Assembly: GCA_008690995.1 (NCBI GenBank)
Contig: VRMN01000001.1
Location: forward strand, 992,001-1,056,000
Direction of reading: 5' to 3'
Source of the DNA: Porphyridium purpureum
Taxonomy: Eukaryota
DNA length: 64,000 nucleotides
The stretch's first letter is position 1. Every line of letters starts with the position of its first letter. The translations under genes were made by a program, and so were the position numbers. This document shows, piece by piece, positions 8,582 through 20,040 of this stretch. A model generated the notes under the pieces. It saw only the letters and a program-made list of their open reading frames with translations. It was not told the origin of the DNA and did not search any database.

Positions 8582-11500
8582 ATGGCAGGGAGTAAGAAAC
8601 GGCTGCCGGCAAGTGACGATATCCGCGCCGCGCTGGATGTGCAGCCCTTGCAAGACGCACTGAGCTCCTTGGACGAGCTTCGCGACACCGAGGCTCCGAA
8701 ACGGGAGCACGGCGGGGCGCAAAGTCGGAGCCAGGTAGTGGAGCTGGAAGGCGGCGTGGTGGTCCCAGAATGCTTCGCGGAGTGTGTGGCGCGAGGGAAA
8801 TCGCGCTCTGACGCTGAGCTTGAGCCGCGCTTGCTCACGCTGCTGGCGGTGCGCGAAGGTATTTTGCAGCATGGCGAGGCGCAGTCGAACACGGGCAGAC
8901 GGAATGCGTCCCCAGCTGTGTCCTCGCCTTCAACATACCTTGTGGCATTGGTGCTGGCCTTGGACCAGGCGTCCGTGTCCATTCTTGCAAAGATTCGAAG
9001 CAGTTTGCACGCAATGGAGACGCAGCAGCCCGCTTCGCCGTCACCCGTGCCTGACCACGCACTACAGGCGGCTCATGCTGAGCTGGAAACCTGCGTGAAC
9101 ATTCTGGATTTGATCGTGGCGTGCTTGCCTGCTACAAGCAAGGCACTTTTGCGCAAGCGGGCGTCAGAGGTCTTTCGAATTTTGGAACGAGCATTGACTC
9201 GCTCGCAGATGATGCCCGAGGTCTGGCTTCGCGTGCTCGCTGCGCAGGCTCTCATTTTTCCATGTCTTGATCGGGAAAGTCTGGCTATTCCCGAGGTCGT
9301 GCGTGCTCTCGGTATGCTGCTTGGCTCCTCATGTGCGGCTGGCGCACCATCCGTTGTGCGCGACCGCGCCCACGGAGCTTTAAAATTCCTCTTGATCCGC
9401 GCCAACGTGTCGCCAGACCTCAACTCACGTTTATCAAAACTAGTTGAGAAGTTTACAATGGAGGTTCTGAGTGTCGGTCGCAAAGGCACCAATACGAGTC
9501 GAGGTGTTGCGACTACTATCCTTTCTGCGGGCATGAGACCAGAGCTGTCGCTATTTCTTTCCGACACGTTGCCTGTGCTTTTAGCACATGGCGTGTCCAC
9601 TGCTGCCGCCGAGCGTGTACTTGATGGTCTTGTACAATTTGTTTCCGATGATACAGCTCAGGAAGCGCGGCTCATCTCGCACTTAATCTTCGCGTGCGTA
9701 TCGAGTGTCTTGCAGCGGGGGGACAGTGCGTCTGAGCTAGCATTGAAAAGGAAAGCAGCCCATATTCTGATCACATTTCCGGCACCATTCTATCGAACCG
9801 GAGCCCCAAAGGCCGAGCAGGCCTACATTCGCGTGCTTGGAAAATTTGGATTCTTGCTTGCGACGTGCTCAGCTCCCGGGGAGGATTTCGAAAATGACAT
9901 TGCTAAAGTCGGCACGACAGCACCAAGTATCGCGCACGTTTTCCGTCAGCTGCTTGCGCGGCTTGTACTTTTTGTTGACCCGGTCACCGTGAGTCCACAT
10001 GCTCACCTCGCGATCAGTCAGCTCGTCAGCTTTGCATCAGTCGTGCCCCCGGACTCGTCTACGCTGGTGTGTGCCTTTTTGCAGGAGACGCAGCGCGCGC
10101 TTTTTGAAGACTCCTTTTTGTCCCAGTGGCCTCACAATGAAATGTTCTGCCTGAAGCCAATCAGGATCATGCTGGAGCGCTTGAAAATGGCTCATTGCAC
10201 CAGCGGTGGTCTCATTCCGCAAGATGGTCGCGGTCGATTGCACGATGAGCTAAAAGAAATGGCGAAGCACATGCTTTCGCTCAGGCTCACACTGGAAGCG
10301 CGCGGGCGCGGCTCGCGCAAGCTCGTCAGCTGCCTGGACTCGGTGCTTGCTTCGCTTGTCAAGCACTTTTCAGCATTGGTGCTCGATCATGTCACGCTGC
10401 GATACGATCCATCGCTGGGCTTGGTGGAGAATGCTTGGCTCATTCCGCTACTTCGAGATTCCGTGCACGAGGCAGAGTGGAGTGTGTTTGTTGCGCATCT
10501 GCTGCCTTTGTACGAGCGTCTTGCTGTGGCAGAGATGGACGCCCATCGCAGTGAAGCCCTTGTTCTTGCCAAGAATATTAACATTGTTTCTAGGCAGATC
10601 TGGGCGACTTTTCCTCGCTTTTTGCACCAAGTTTCCCTTGAGCAGTTGGTACAGCAAGCTCGCGAACAAGATCGAGAGCCAAAAGGCAAAAATATTGTTC
10701 ACAATATTCTGCTTCTGCTTGGCCAGTCAGAAGCCGATATGCAGCGGACCGGGGTGCGAAGTCTTGTCATTTTGGCAGAGAAAGTATCCGCTTCCACACA
10801 TGACACCGCGGCTACGCAGGAAGAAATAGAAGCGGCGAGGAAGCAGGCGTCGGATGTGTTGAAGCCGATCTTTCCCGCACTGCTGAACATGATGGCTTCC
10901 GTTTCGGCGACCGATCGTGACGAAATCGTGTCTGCGTTGCGTGCTTTAGCGGCTGCAACGGGCAGCAAAGTACTGGTGCAGAACTGGTTGCGCATCTCGC
11001 TGAAGCGCTTGCTCACCGTGTCAGCCTCAGCGGCTCGCGCGCCGGTGCCAGGGGTGAGATGGACGTCCGAGCAGAGCGTTGCCTGTGAGATTGCCGCCGA
11101 TGCGTCTTACGCATTTGCATCCGCAGGTGTGTTGCCAGCGAGTGCGGAGGAGCTGGCGGTATTCCACAAGGCGTTGCACCCATTTCTGCGCGATCCCTCT
11201 CACGGAGCTATGCAGAAAAAGGCGTACATGGTTTTGGAGGTCATGATTGAGCGCGGGTTGCAACCGTTGGACGCTGAGTTGGTGGCGTATCTGCTTCAAG
11301 CTTATGATGCGTTGTGTCCTACTGCTAAACCTGAGCGTATCGCGTGCATTTCTGCGTGCGCACGGCGTATTGCTGTGGTAGAACCGCAGTCCACATTGCT
11401 CAGCAGTATGCTCGAATCCTTTCTTCTCGAGCTAGTGTTAGGCTGTTGTGACGTATCCTTCAGAATGAGGCAGGCATGCGATGCAGCAACGCAGGCTTTT

Positions 11501-12793
11501 GTGGCCCGACTAGGTCTCACAGAATTTGTGCGCACGCTCTCGGCTGGTCTTGCGCTTGGCGATGTGCCCAAGGTGATTGCGTCTGTCTTGAACGTTTTGT
11601 CGCGCGTTTTGTTTGCGTCCAGAAAAGATGGGCATGGCGAAGAAGCACAACGTTTGCTCTGCGAATTTTTCGAAGACGAGACGTGTGCCTCAGGAGGAAT
11701 CGTGAGCATATTTTTGCGCCATGAAGATGCCCAAGTTCGGCGTGCGGCGCTGCGCACCGTCAAGCTGGCTTGCATAATGCTACCCGTTGTGCAGTTGGAC
11801 ACGGCCCTGGAAGCAACGATCCCCTCGCTGCTGCACGTGGTATCGATCGGGCGGAAGGAGGACTTGCTTCGAGTGCGCGTGGTGATCGAGCGAGCTCTGA
11901 AAAAGCTCGGTCGCGAGAGAATGGAAGAGCTGTTCCCGTCGGGTCATCAGAAATTGCTCACATCTGTACGGAAATCGCACGAGCGCGCCATGCGCAAGAA
12001 GCATTCGACAGCGAAAGCTGGATTCGAAACAGAGTTTGAAGATGGACAGGATATGGACTGGACCACACGCCAAGATATCGATGGAGACTCGGTTTCAGAT
12101 CTCGATTCCACGTCTAGCGAAGAATATGAGTCTGGTAACGACCATGAAGGTCACCGAAGCGCAGGTGCGGCTCTGAAACCGAGAAAACCACCAGCAACTG
12201 AACGTGGCCGAGGCCAAAACAGAGCGGCGCCAGCTTTGGACACGAGTTTGTTGAGCGGTTTAGCAATTCCACAAAGTGAAATTATTGGAAACTCACCGCC
12301 CTTCCATCAAAGAAGCAGTGGCGCTGCTGGAAAGGTCGACACGAGAGCAGAGGTAGCTAGGAAGCGGCGAGATCCTTTCGGTGGGTTTGAGATCAGCCAC
12401 GACGGTCGCCCGATCTTCACCGAGCCCGCTGCATCAAATGACACCTCGGATGCCGAGTTGCAGGCAGAGACTGACTTTGTCAAGATGCGTTCCGAGGGTC
12501 CTGCGGACCGGAAAAGGCGACGCGGTGAATTGGAAGACGATGAGGGTGGAACTTTCAGAAAGGGAAAGGAGTCGGCGCGAGCGAACAGGAAGTCCGTCAG
12601 TGCTGGTATGAACTTTGGCGAAATTTACCAGAGCAAGCGTGCCCGAGGGGACGTAAAGCGTGCTGGCAAGCCAGATCCGTACGCATATTTGCCGCTCGGC
12701 AAGTCGATCTTCCGCCAGGTGCGCGGAAAGCGCACGGTGCGGGGCCAAGGTGGCATTGCAAGGGTGATGGCGAAGAACAAGCAGACGCGGTAA
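8582..12793 (+). CDS. RRP12: RRP12-like ribosome biogenesis HEAT-repeat protein
   Basis: Long helical ORF with AWLIPLLRD, QIWATFP, QKKAY and C-terminal GDVKRAGKPDPYAYLPL. Start chosen at ATG 8582. Confidence 0.88.
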   Translation: MAGSKKRLPASDDIRAALDVQPLQDALSSLDELRDTEAPKREHGGAQSRSQVVELEGGVVVPECFAECVARGKSRSDAELEPRLLTLLAVREGILQHGEAQSNTGRRNASPAVSSPSTYLVALVLALDQASVSILAKIRSSLHAMETQQPASPSPVPDHALQAAHAELETCVNILDLIVACLPATSKALLRKRASEVFRILERALTRSQMMPEVWLRVLAAQALIFPCLDRESLAIPEVVRALGMLLGSSCAAGAPSVVRDRAHGALKFLLIRANVSPDLNSRLSKLVEKFTMEVLSVGRKGTNTSRGVATTILSAGMRPELSLFLSDTLPVLLAHGVSTAAAERVLDGLVQFVSDDTAQEARLISHLIFACVSSVLQRGDSASELALKRKAAHILITFPAPFYRTGAPKAEQAYIRVLGKFGFLLATCSAPGEDFENDIAKVGTTAPSIAHVFRQLLARLVLFVDPVTVSPHAHLAISQLVSFASVVPPDSSTLVCAFLQETQRALFEDSFLSQWPHNEMFCLKPIRIMLERLKMAHCTSGGLIPQDGRGRLHDELKEMAKHMLSLRLTLEARGRGSRKLVSCLDSVLASLVKHFSALVLDHVTLRYDPSLGLVENAWLIPLLRDSVHEAEWSVFVAHLLPLYERLAVAEMDAHRSEALVLAKNINIVSRQIWATFPRFLHQVSLEQLVQQAREQDREPKGKNIVHNILLLLGQSEADMQRTGVRSLVILAEKVSASTHDTAATQEEIEAARKQASDVLKPIFPALLNMMASVSATDRDEIVSALRALAAATGSKVLVQNWLRISLKRLLTVSASAARAPVPGVRWTSEQSVACEIAADASYAFASAGVLPASAEELAVFHKALHPFLRDPSHGAMQKKAYMVLEVMIERGLQPLDAELVAYLLQAYDALCPTAKPERIACISACARRIAVVEPQSTLLSSMLESFLLELVLGCCDVSFRMRQACDAATQAFVARLGLTEFVRTLSAGLALGDVPKVIASVLNVLSRVLFASRKDGHGEEAQRLLCEFFEDETCASGGIVSIFLRHEDAQVRRAALRTVKLACIMLPVVQLDTALEATIPSLLHVVSIGRKEDLLRVRVVIERALKKLGRERMEELFPSGHQKLLTSVRKSHERAMRKKHSTAKAGFETEFEDGQDMDWTTRQDIDGDSVSDLDSTSSEEYESGNDHEGHRSAGAALKPRKPPATERGRGQNRAAPALDTSLLSGLAIPQSEIIGNSPPFHQRSSGAAGKVDTRAEVARKRRDPFGGFEISHDGRPIFTEPAASNDTSDAELQAETDFVKMRSEGPADRKRRRGELEDDEGGTFRKGKESARANRKSVSAGMNFGEIYQSKRARGDVKRAGKPDPYAYLPLGKSIFRQVRGKRTVRGQGGIARVMAKNKQTR

Positions 12794-13157
12794 GTGGCGT
12801 TTCTCACAGACCTACAAATGCCGTCGAGAACTTGCTTGTGCAAACGAAGCGCCGCACAGTCATTTGAAAGGGGAAAATATTTTCCTAGCTTTTCAATTTT
12901 TTTGGGTCTGAGGTTCTTGCTCAGCGATTTTATATGTTTCTTTCATTAAGCAATAATTGAAGGCGAACGGGCGACGTTTTCGACACATTTTGTGCCGCAA
13001 ACGAACCTTACGAAGGCCCACAGTGTTCAGGACACGCACACGTAGAACCAGGCACCGCGTAATTTGACGACTCCAAGAATTGTAGATGATGAATGGATGT
13101 AACAAGTCATACATTTTGTGCAACAATAAATTCAAAGTTTCCAAAATTTCCTACATG

Positions 13158-16100
13158 CTATGCATTGTTCTGTTTGATGACTTGACGTTCCGCAGGTACC
13201 GCTACGGCCTCGAGCCTGGTGCCATCCACGCCTTCTGTGGTCATGTCCACAAACAATGAGGTCAAGCCAACTATGGCAGGTGATAAGCCACGCTTCAAAG
13301 GGCGGATAACTTGCAGGACGCGTTTGCCGTTTGAGAGGCGCCTTGTCTGTTGGTATGATATGCCACGGAGCGCATCCGTGTACAAGGAAAGCTCAGTTGC
13401 ATCATCACAGCCCAGCACTTCTCGAATGGTCTTTCCAACTTCGAGGTTGAGCCCAATGTCCTTTCCGATCTCGCGCGCACCAACCACTGTGGTCACCACA
13501 AGACTAGAATCAGTGGCAAACGTGCACATACTTAAAGAGCGGTGGAGACCCTCAATCTCAGGTACAGCTTTGGTAAGATTTGCCGTCCGAACGGATTCAC
13601 CGAGCGTGACTTCAGAGCAAGACATGGATCCGGGGGCCAGCGGTGGCTTTGCCACGGGCGGTATCGCTGTTTCCACTTGCGCGGCTTGAGAATCGCCCTG
13701 TCCCTGAATTCGTTCAGGTGTGCCAACTACACTTGGAAGGCCACCTCGACTGCCGGCATCAAAACTCTTATCCACTTTGACCCTTTTGAGGACACCATGT
13801 GCCTGCCCTTGAGAGTCGGCATCTTTGCAAGCAGGTCTTCCGGTGTCGGGAGCACTTCGTTTCTGACCATTCGAGCTCGACGACAACTTGACCTCCTTGC
13901 GGGCCCGCCCTGGCCCAAACCCATCACCCGAGCCTGATCCAGTCCCGTCAGCCGACGAGGTACCCTCACCCCCTCGCGAACCTGACCCCGTGCCAGATCC
14001 GGTTCCATCACCAGTACCGTCACCGTCACCGCCAGAGCCCGAGCCCGAGCCCGAGCCCGACCCCGAGCCTGTTGCCTCACCAGTATCCGAAGCGTACCCA
14101 TTATCTTCGCGAGGAACAGAATTGGACGAGGAAAAGTCCACCGCATCCGGTTCCTGCCCACTCGAGCTTCCCCTTCTGATAGGAGATTCCTGATTCGGCT
14201 GTGACCCGGAGCTCTCCGGGTTACTACCATGACGCCCAGAGGGTGCGGAAAGGGACTCGAGAGAGTTTTTCGTGGCCACAAGTTTCGTTCTCTGATGCAC
14301 ATACTGTTGTGGATCCAGATCATGCTGGCTGGCCTCCGGGCCCTCTGCAAGGGAACCTCGCTGCTGCTGCTGCTGCTGCTTTTGCTCCGACTGTTTTGGC
14401 ATCGCAGCAGCCATATTTGCTGCTGAAGTTTCTCTTGCCCATTCCGCAGTGCTCCTGTAGGCCGAGGGCCAAACCGCCGGCGCTTGCGTGGAGGCCACTG
14501 CTTCGTTCAATGCAGCCATGGCACCATGCGAAGGTCCTGCAGGCGGCTGCAGCGGCTGCTGCTGTTCACCCCAGCGTGGTGACTCCATGGCGTGGAACTG
14601 TGCCGCTGTTCTGCTACCAGATTCAACCTCGGATATTCCAGCCATGCCTTCTGGTCTGCGGGCCACTGAAACATTCGAAGATCCGATGCTAGGCCGCCCA
14701 AAGTCTCCGTGCGCAGGGGCATGGTTGTGCGACTGAAGCAAAGAAGCTTCTGGCGGCGCGAAGCCACCTCCCGTCACATCGTGTTTGTGCTGCAGTTGCG
14801 GCCATCCACTGTGCGAGACCAAATCGGCCCGCTGAACCTGGCCGAGATACGAGGGCGGTTGTTGATACTTGGCCCCAGGGTTGGTCGCTGCCAATTGGCT
14901 CGGATAGCCGTAATAGATCGGCAGGTTGGTCCCTTCCTCGGCTTTCCCGCTGCCGTCGTGAAACGTCGCAACAGCCGCGCTGCTTTCGTGAAACGCTCCC
15001 TGCACAACTTTCCCGCGATCATGCCCCAAGGAGCTCTGTGTCACCAACTCTGAAGGGCGTTTGTCAACAGAACCCACGTTTTCACCGCCAGTATTCGCAC
15101 TAGCGCCTTCGGATCCACCTGCAGTACCCTGCCTTTGCGCTTGCGCTACAGCGCTGTATGCAGTCGGGACCTGATCAGGCGGAGCAGGGTATGCGCCTCG
15201 CTCTGTCACCACACCTGACGGATACTGCAGAGCCTGCAAAATATTCGCGCTTCTAAAATCGCGAGACTGGCTTTGCGAATGCAGTTGTTGCTGTTCCTGC
15301 ATTTCCTGATGTCGATATTGTTGATGCTGTTGGTCTTGGTGCAGCTGATGTTGGTGCAGAAGAGCGCGCTGCTGCTGATGTTGTACATGGTCCGAAAGGG
15401 TAGGTGATCCATTGAGGCCTCGTACCATTGATGCATCTGGCGCGCGTACCGCCAAATGCCCGTTGGACTCAGCGACTCCAGGTCCACGGACAGCCATCAG
15501 TTGAGCAGTCGCTGCGTGGTACGGGGGCAAGGACGCACCAACGGAGTCCCAATGCGATAAGCCATCAATCCCCACTCTGCTGAACGTACCTGCAGGAACG
15601 CCCTGTCCCTGCCCCTGTCCCTGCATCTGGCGCTGCATGAGAGCAAAATGATAAAGCTGCTGATCATGCTGAAACTGCTGGATCTGGCGATGCTGAAGCT
15701 GACGCAGAAACTCTTGCTGCTGATGCTGTTCGAGCGTGCGCTGCTGGTCGGGCGTCAACAAGCCGGCGGGAGTCGAGAACGCGCCACCTTGCGATGGCCA
15801 TCCCATGGGTGAATAATATTGGTGCTGCGGCTGTGAGTGCTGTTGCAGCAGCGGAGTGTGCGAACCGCCGTGAACGAAACCATGACTCGCTCCAGCTCCA
15901 CCCACGAACCCAGATTCCTTCTTATCAACCTGCGACTTTTCAGCACCGTTTTCAAACGAGCGCAACATTTTGGCCTTCCTGCTACGTATGCTCTCGATTT
16001 CCTGGGAAAAGTACTCGACGTTATTTTGCGTTCCTTCATGCTCCAGCCGCTCCACCATGCGGTCCAAGCTCTTCAGCCGCCTATGTGGCCAGCGGTTGAT

Positions 16101-16478
16101 GCCAAACTTGCGACAGTGCCGCTTGAGCACGGTGACGCAAATACGGAGCTCCTTGGCTGCCTCGTTAATAGGCATATGGAAGCACGCCTCCAACTCGTGA
16201 TACGTCAGCGGCTTGCTTCGAGTCGACGTTCCCGCCGCAGTTGCGGCACCAGCGCCTCCCCCTGACGGCGCGTTGGAGCCCCCCAATATTCCCGCGCGCG
16301 CGTCCTCAGCATTAGCTTCTTCGAGCTCGTGCGGCTCGTCCAGCTCCTCGTGCTCGTCGTGCTCGGCACCAGACGACTCTTCCGGCACGGGCGTCCTCTT
16401 CGCAGTGTCCGCGCCAACGCCGCCACCGCCACCGTCGTCCACCCCGCCCCCAACGCCGTCCATTCTCCGCTGCTCCAT
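13158..16478 (-). CDS. RWP-RK transcription factor with Q-rich middle and C-terminal PAS-like domain
   Basis: FHMPINEAAKELRICVTVLKRHCRKFGINRWPHRRLKS, poly-Q and GS tracts. First ATG is 16478. Confidence 0.9.
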   Translation of the reverse strand: MEQRRMDGVGGGVDDGGGGGVGADTAKRTPVPEESSGAEHDEHEELDEPHELEEANAEDARAGILGGSNAPSGGGAGAATAAGTSTRSKPLTYHELEACFHMPINEAAKELRICVTVLKRHCRKFGINRWPHRRLKSLDRMVERLEHEGTQNNVEYFSQEIESIRSRKAKMLRSFENGAEKSQVDKKESGFVGGAGASHGFVHGGSHTPLLQQHSQPQHQYYSPMGWPSQGGAFSTPAGLLTPDQQRTLEQHQQQEFLRQLQHRQIQQFQHDQQLYHFALMQRQMQGQGQGQGVPAGTFSRVGIDGLSHWDSVGASLPPYHAATAQLMAVRGPGVAESNGHLAVRAPDASMVRGLNGSPTLSDHVQHQQQRALLHQHQLHQDQQHQQYRHQEMQEQQQLHSQSQSRDFRSANILQALQYPSGVVTERGAYPAPPDQVPTAYSAVAQAQRQGTAGGSEGASANTGGENVGSVDKRPSELVTQSSLGHDRGKVVQGAFHESSAAVATFHDGSGKAEEGTNLPIYYGYPSQLAATNPGAKYQQPPSYLGQVQRADLVSHSGWPQLQHKHDVTGGGFAPPEASLLQSHNHAPAHGDFGRPSIGSSNVSVARRPEGMAGISEVESGSRTAAQFHAMESPRWGEQQQPLQPPAGPSHGAMAALNEAVASTQAPAVWPSAYRSTAEWARETSAANMAAAMPKQSEQKQQQQQQRGSLAEGPEASQHDLDPQQYVHQRTKLVATKNSLESLSAPSGRHGSNPESSGSQPNQESPIRRGSSSGQEPDAVDFSSSNSVPREDNGYASDTGEATGSGSGSGSGSGSGGDGDGTGDGTGSGTGSGSRGGEGTSSADGTGSGSGDGFGPGRARKEVKLSSSSNGQKRSAPDTGRPACKDADSQGQAHGVLKRVKVDKSFDAGSRGGLPSVVGTPERIQGQGDSQAAQVETAIPPVAKPPLAPGSMSCSEVTLGESVRTANLTKAVPEIEGLHRSLSMCTFATDSSLVVTTVVGAREIGKDIGLNLEVGKTIREVLGCDDATELSLYTDALRGISYQQTRRLSNGKRVLQVIRPLKRGLSPAIVGLTSLFVDMTTEGVDGTRLEAVAVPAERQVIKQNNA
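14034..14069. repeat. (GAGCCC)n hexamer tandem encoding a Gly-Ser linker in the RWP-RK gene
   Basis: Directly visible; translates to GSGSGSGSGSGS on the minus strand. Confidence 0.8.
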
Positions 16479-18215
16479 CACTCACGCATGAGCCTATGCC
16501 TCTCCCGTCTCCGCCGTCGCCGCTTTCTCGCCCCAATCCTCACTCTACCGTCGCGTCCTACTCCCATGCACCGCTTTCCGCGCCCTTCAACCCCGCTTTT
16601 CCTTTATACGTGCGCGCAAGCGGCTGTCTAGTAGACGACGGTCCGGAGCCCCCAACAAACAAATCCTCGCCCAACCCAAACCTCACCATCAAAAAATCTT
16701 TTCCCGCCTGCATTAATTATCTTGCGGCGCAAGTGACCAGGCGTGCATGTAAAATGCGCTTGTTTCTCATATTCATATCGATTCACGCGCGCTGTTTCCG
16801 ACTTGTAACCTGCGCTTGTTCCCCTCTCTATTTTTTATATTTTTTTCTTTCATTTGGATGCCGCTTTGACGCATGCCAAGCGCATCTTCCATTTGTGGTT
16901 AATACTGGCGTCACTGCCCCCCGATCAATCCTCGAAACAAACACATACGCATGCGCATGAAAAATGAGGGTACAGTGATCTTCCACTGACGTGTACACCC
17001 ATGCTTGATTCAAAGCGTCCACGAACGGTGCTGGTCGGCAGCACCACAAGAACCGCGCGGTAGAACGTCCGCTTTTGATATTTATTTGTTTTGTTTTTCT
17101 TTTTGGTTTCCGACGGGTGTCGAACTTGTGGTTCCAATGTTTCCAGCATCCAGCACGCGACACGACGTGCAGCGAGAACGCCGGTGGGTGAGTGCGCCAG
17201 CGGGGAATAGAAAGATGCAAGTACGTAAAATTATCTATCGCTGGAATCGAGGCTTGTGTAATGGACGTGCGTGAACGTCACACGCCCGAGGGAACGACTG
17301 ACACCGAACGGGCTGACCGCTCGGTTCGACCAATCGGTACGCCGCCTGCATTACTCACCGGCGGTGCTCCGCCGAGTTCAGTAGAAATACGGCTTGCTGA
17401 GCGAAAAGGTATTCGCATAAGATGGACGGGTCTTGGCGCGAGACGTGCGTTCAGGTGTCGGCGCGTCCGCCCAGGCCGGAGGGTTCCAGAAACGCTGCTT
17501 GTGACGACATTCTATGCTGGAGCGTGGAGGTTCCACCGGTATCGCATGGTGCAGAACCGACGGCGCATGCACGTCGGAGCGCTGATGCACCCGACAGCGC
17601 CTGGCCACACAATATTGCACTAGTGGAACGGTTGAGTGAAGCGGATAATGCAGAGACGTGAGACTCGGTGCAGCTTATCCCGACGTCTAAGGCTACTTTG
17701 CACCCCAAGTTCAACGTAACGGATCGGGCTCGAGCGTCCCGTGGCCTGTGCGCAAGTTTGTCGCGTCTTGACTCTTAGCTCCTAGTAGCCGGAGCATGTC
17801 TGTGTCACAGACCTGTGCGTACAACCCATGGTGATCCGAAAATGTTCGTGTATACTCATCGTACAATAGGGACTGGGCTGGATGGTGAGTGACCTTGGCC
17901 CTCTCGAAGTGTTTCAGTGTGTGACCGTGAATGATCCGGTGGGATTCAGTGCAAATCGAATGCGTATCTCATGCAACGCCCCGAATGCACCCAATGCGCG
18001 CTCGGCTCGCGCGTGGCGGTCACGGCTGTTCTTCAACCATTGCGCAAGGTGTTCACACGCGCCCCTCGATGTCCTCGCATTCGCACAAACGAGGCACCCA
18101 GATTCCTTCATTTCCGCCGTTCCGCACACGCTTCGGCGCCAGAGCATAGTCGACTTATTGCACTCCCACAGAAGCTGGACATTGACAGTCAAAATGTGCG
18201 TTTATCTTTGAAGAA

Positions 18216-19349
18216 TCAGTTCCTCATCTGCCTGGGACTGCCAGCCAGATCTTCACCGATCGTTTCTTGCTCAATGATACGGCCCGTACGGTCCAGCAGC
18301 GGCGCCTTGTATGTCTCTGGATACCAAACTTCCCCAATGACGCCCCTGTGTAGCCCAGTATGCAGCTCTTCGCGCTCGGTGGCGCGCTGAATCTGCTTGC
18401 GCCGGGCCTCCTCTGAGAGCTCAAGCTCAGCCAGATACTCCTGCCCTTGGTTATGCACAGACTCCAATGTCTGGGTTTGGGTCTCGAGCTCGGCGAGCTG
18501 GGGCGAAGGCGGTACAATGTATGCTTCGGCCTGGCTCCAGTCCACCACATAATTGAGATCCTCCATAGCCCCGAGCGTGACTTTGCTCAATCTCTCAACT
18601 GTGGACACTGTGGATGGCGTGAGCACGGTGCTGGCTTCGCTCGTCATGAGCTCGACGTTCATCTTCGACTCATCCCAGTGCTTGCAGTTTGACCCGTCAC
18701 CGTTCCAGTGATTGTACTCGACGGGCGGGGCGCCCGAACCGCCCAGCAGATTCCACTCGCGCTTCGCACCCGGGTACTTGTACGAGGCGGACGACGTCGC
18801 GACGCAGTCCACACGCGTGTTATATCCTGTGCGCGTCGGGAAGCGGTCCGTCCAGAACGACCCGACGCCCAGAACGTGCAACATCTCGTGGAGCACCACC
18901 TCTACCCAAAAGTCCTTCCACGCCGGAAAGTCACAGTTACTGAAAAAGTCTGCTGCGTCAAATACGCACTCTGCCAACGAGGGCAGCACGTCATAGTGGC
19001 ACGGCACTTCGTCGTCTGTACACACGGCAATATGCTGGTAATTACGTGACGAGCCAAGCACACCTCCGAGGCCATCGATAGAGTTTACGCGAAAGTACAG
19101 CGACATTTCAACAGGCTGGGCGACGAGCCGCTGTCCGACAAGCACTCGTCGAAGCGTGGCATGCGCCTCTTCGAAGATCTCGACCACGCGCGGGTCCTGT
19201 GCTCCATTCGGGACCAAGTTGATTGTGAACGGATAGCAGTCGCCGTCACACGCCACCGGCACGGTTTCCGGTGCGGCAGCCGACGCGCCGAGTATCACGG
19301 CACAAAGCAGCGCGAGCAGCGCAGCGCGAACGCGTCCCACGCGCACCAT
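18216..19349 (-). CDS. Secreted zinc metallopeptidase, leishmanolysin (M8)-like
   Basis: Signal peptide, DGLGGVLG, HEMLHVLG zinc motif, distal HWDE third ligand and ELMT Met-turn. Confidence 0.8.
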   Translation of the reverse strand: MVRVGRVRAALLALLCAVILGASAAAPETVPVACDGDCYPFTINLVPNGAQDPRVVEIFEEAHATLRRVLVGQRLVAQPVEMSLYFRVNSIDGLGGVLGSSRNYQHIAVCTDDEVPCHYDVLPSLAECVFDAADFFSNCDFPAWKDFWVEVVLHEMLHVLGVGSFWTDRFPTRTGYNTRVDCVATSSASYKYPGAKREWNLLGGSGAPPVEYNHWNGDGSNCKHWDESKMNVELMTSEASTVLTPSTVSTVERLSKVTLGAMEDLNYVVDWSQAEAYIVPPSPQLAELETQTQTLESVHNQGQEYLAELELSEEARRKQIQRATEREELHTGLHRGVIGEVWYPETYKAPLLDRTGRIIEQETIGEDLAGSPRQMRN

Positions 19350-19963
19350 GTTAGCAAAGTTATCTAGTCAGTAAGTTAGTAAAACCTCGCTCAACGTTTC
19401 CCTCCAACCATCCAAGCCACGGATGTGTTTGGTCTCCCTCTCTCCCCCTCTCCCTGTGCATGCGGCACTACGCGCATGCTCTGAACTGAACGGCCTTCTG
19501 CCTTCTTCGCAGCCCATCGCATTTGCGCAGCACTTATTTGCGTTCTGTGAGCCTATCTCCCAACCTGCCCTGCACTCCAGATGAGGCGTGTTCAACACCA
19601 ATCCACCTCACAGATTCGTGCCCCATGACATCGCATCCTACGAGTCATCGCATCGGATCCCATCCCGCCAGACCACCCCGCTGCTTCGCCGTGCACATCG
19701 AATCGATGCGCAGACCGTGTCGCTTTCGAATTCAGCCGCCGCCGACGCCCACCTTTGCGGTCTTCCCGCGCACCCGTTTCCGCATCAGCAGGCGCGACGA
19801 GGACACACACGCACGCCCCGCACTGAACTCGACATGTACCTCCACCGCTCTTCGTCATGCCGCATGCGATGGCCATCCTCGCACCAGCTGCCGCGCCCGT
19901 GGTGCGTGGAAGCGGCGCGCGCATTATGCCGTGTCGTCTGACGTGTCGTCGCGCATATCCCAA

Positions 19964-20040
19964 ACACACACACACACACATACACACACACACATACACA
20001 CACACACATACACACACACACAACACAAACAGACAGACAG
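19964..20040. repeat. Imperfect (CA)n microsatellite
   Basis: Directly visible CA run interrupted by TA and ending in (CAGA)n. Confidence 0.95.
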
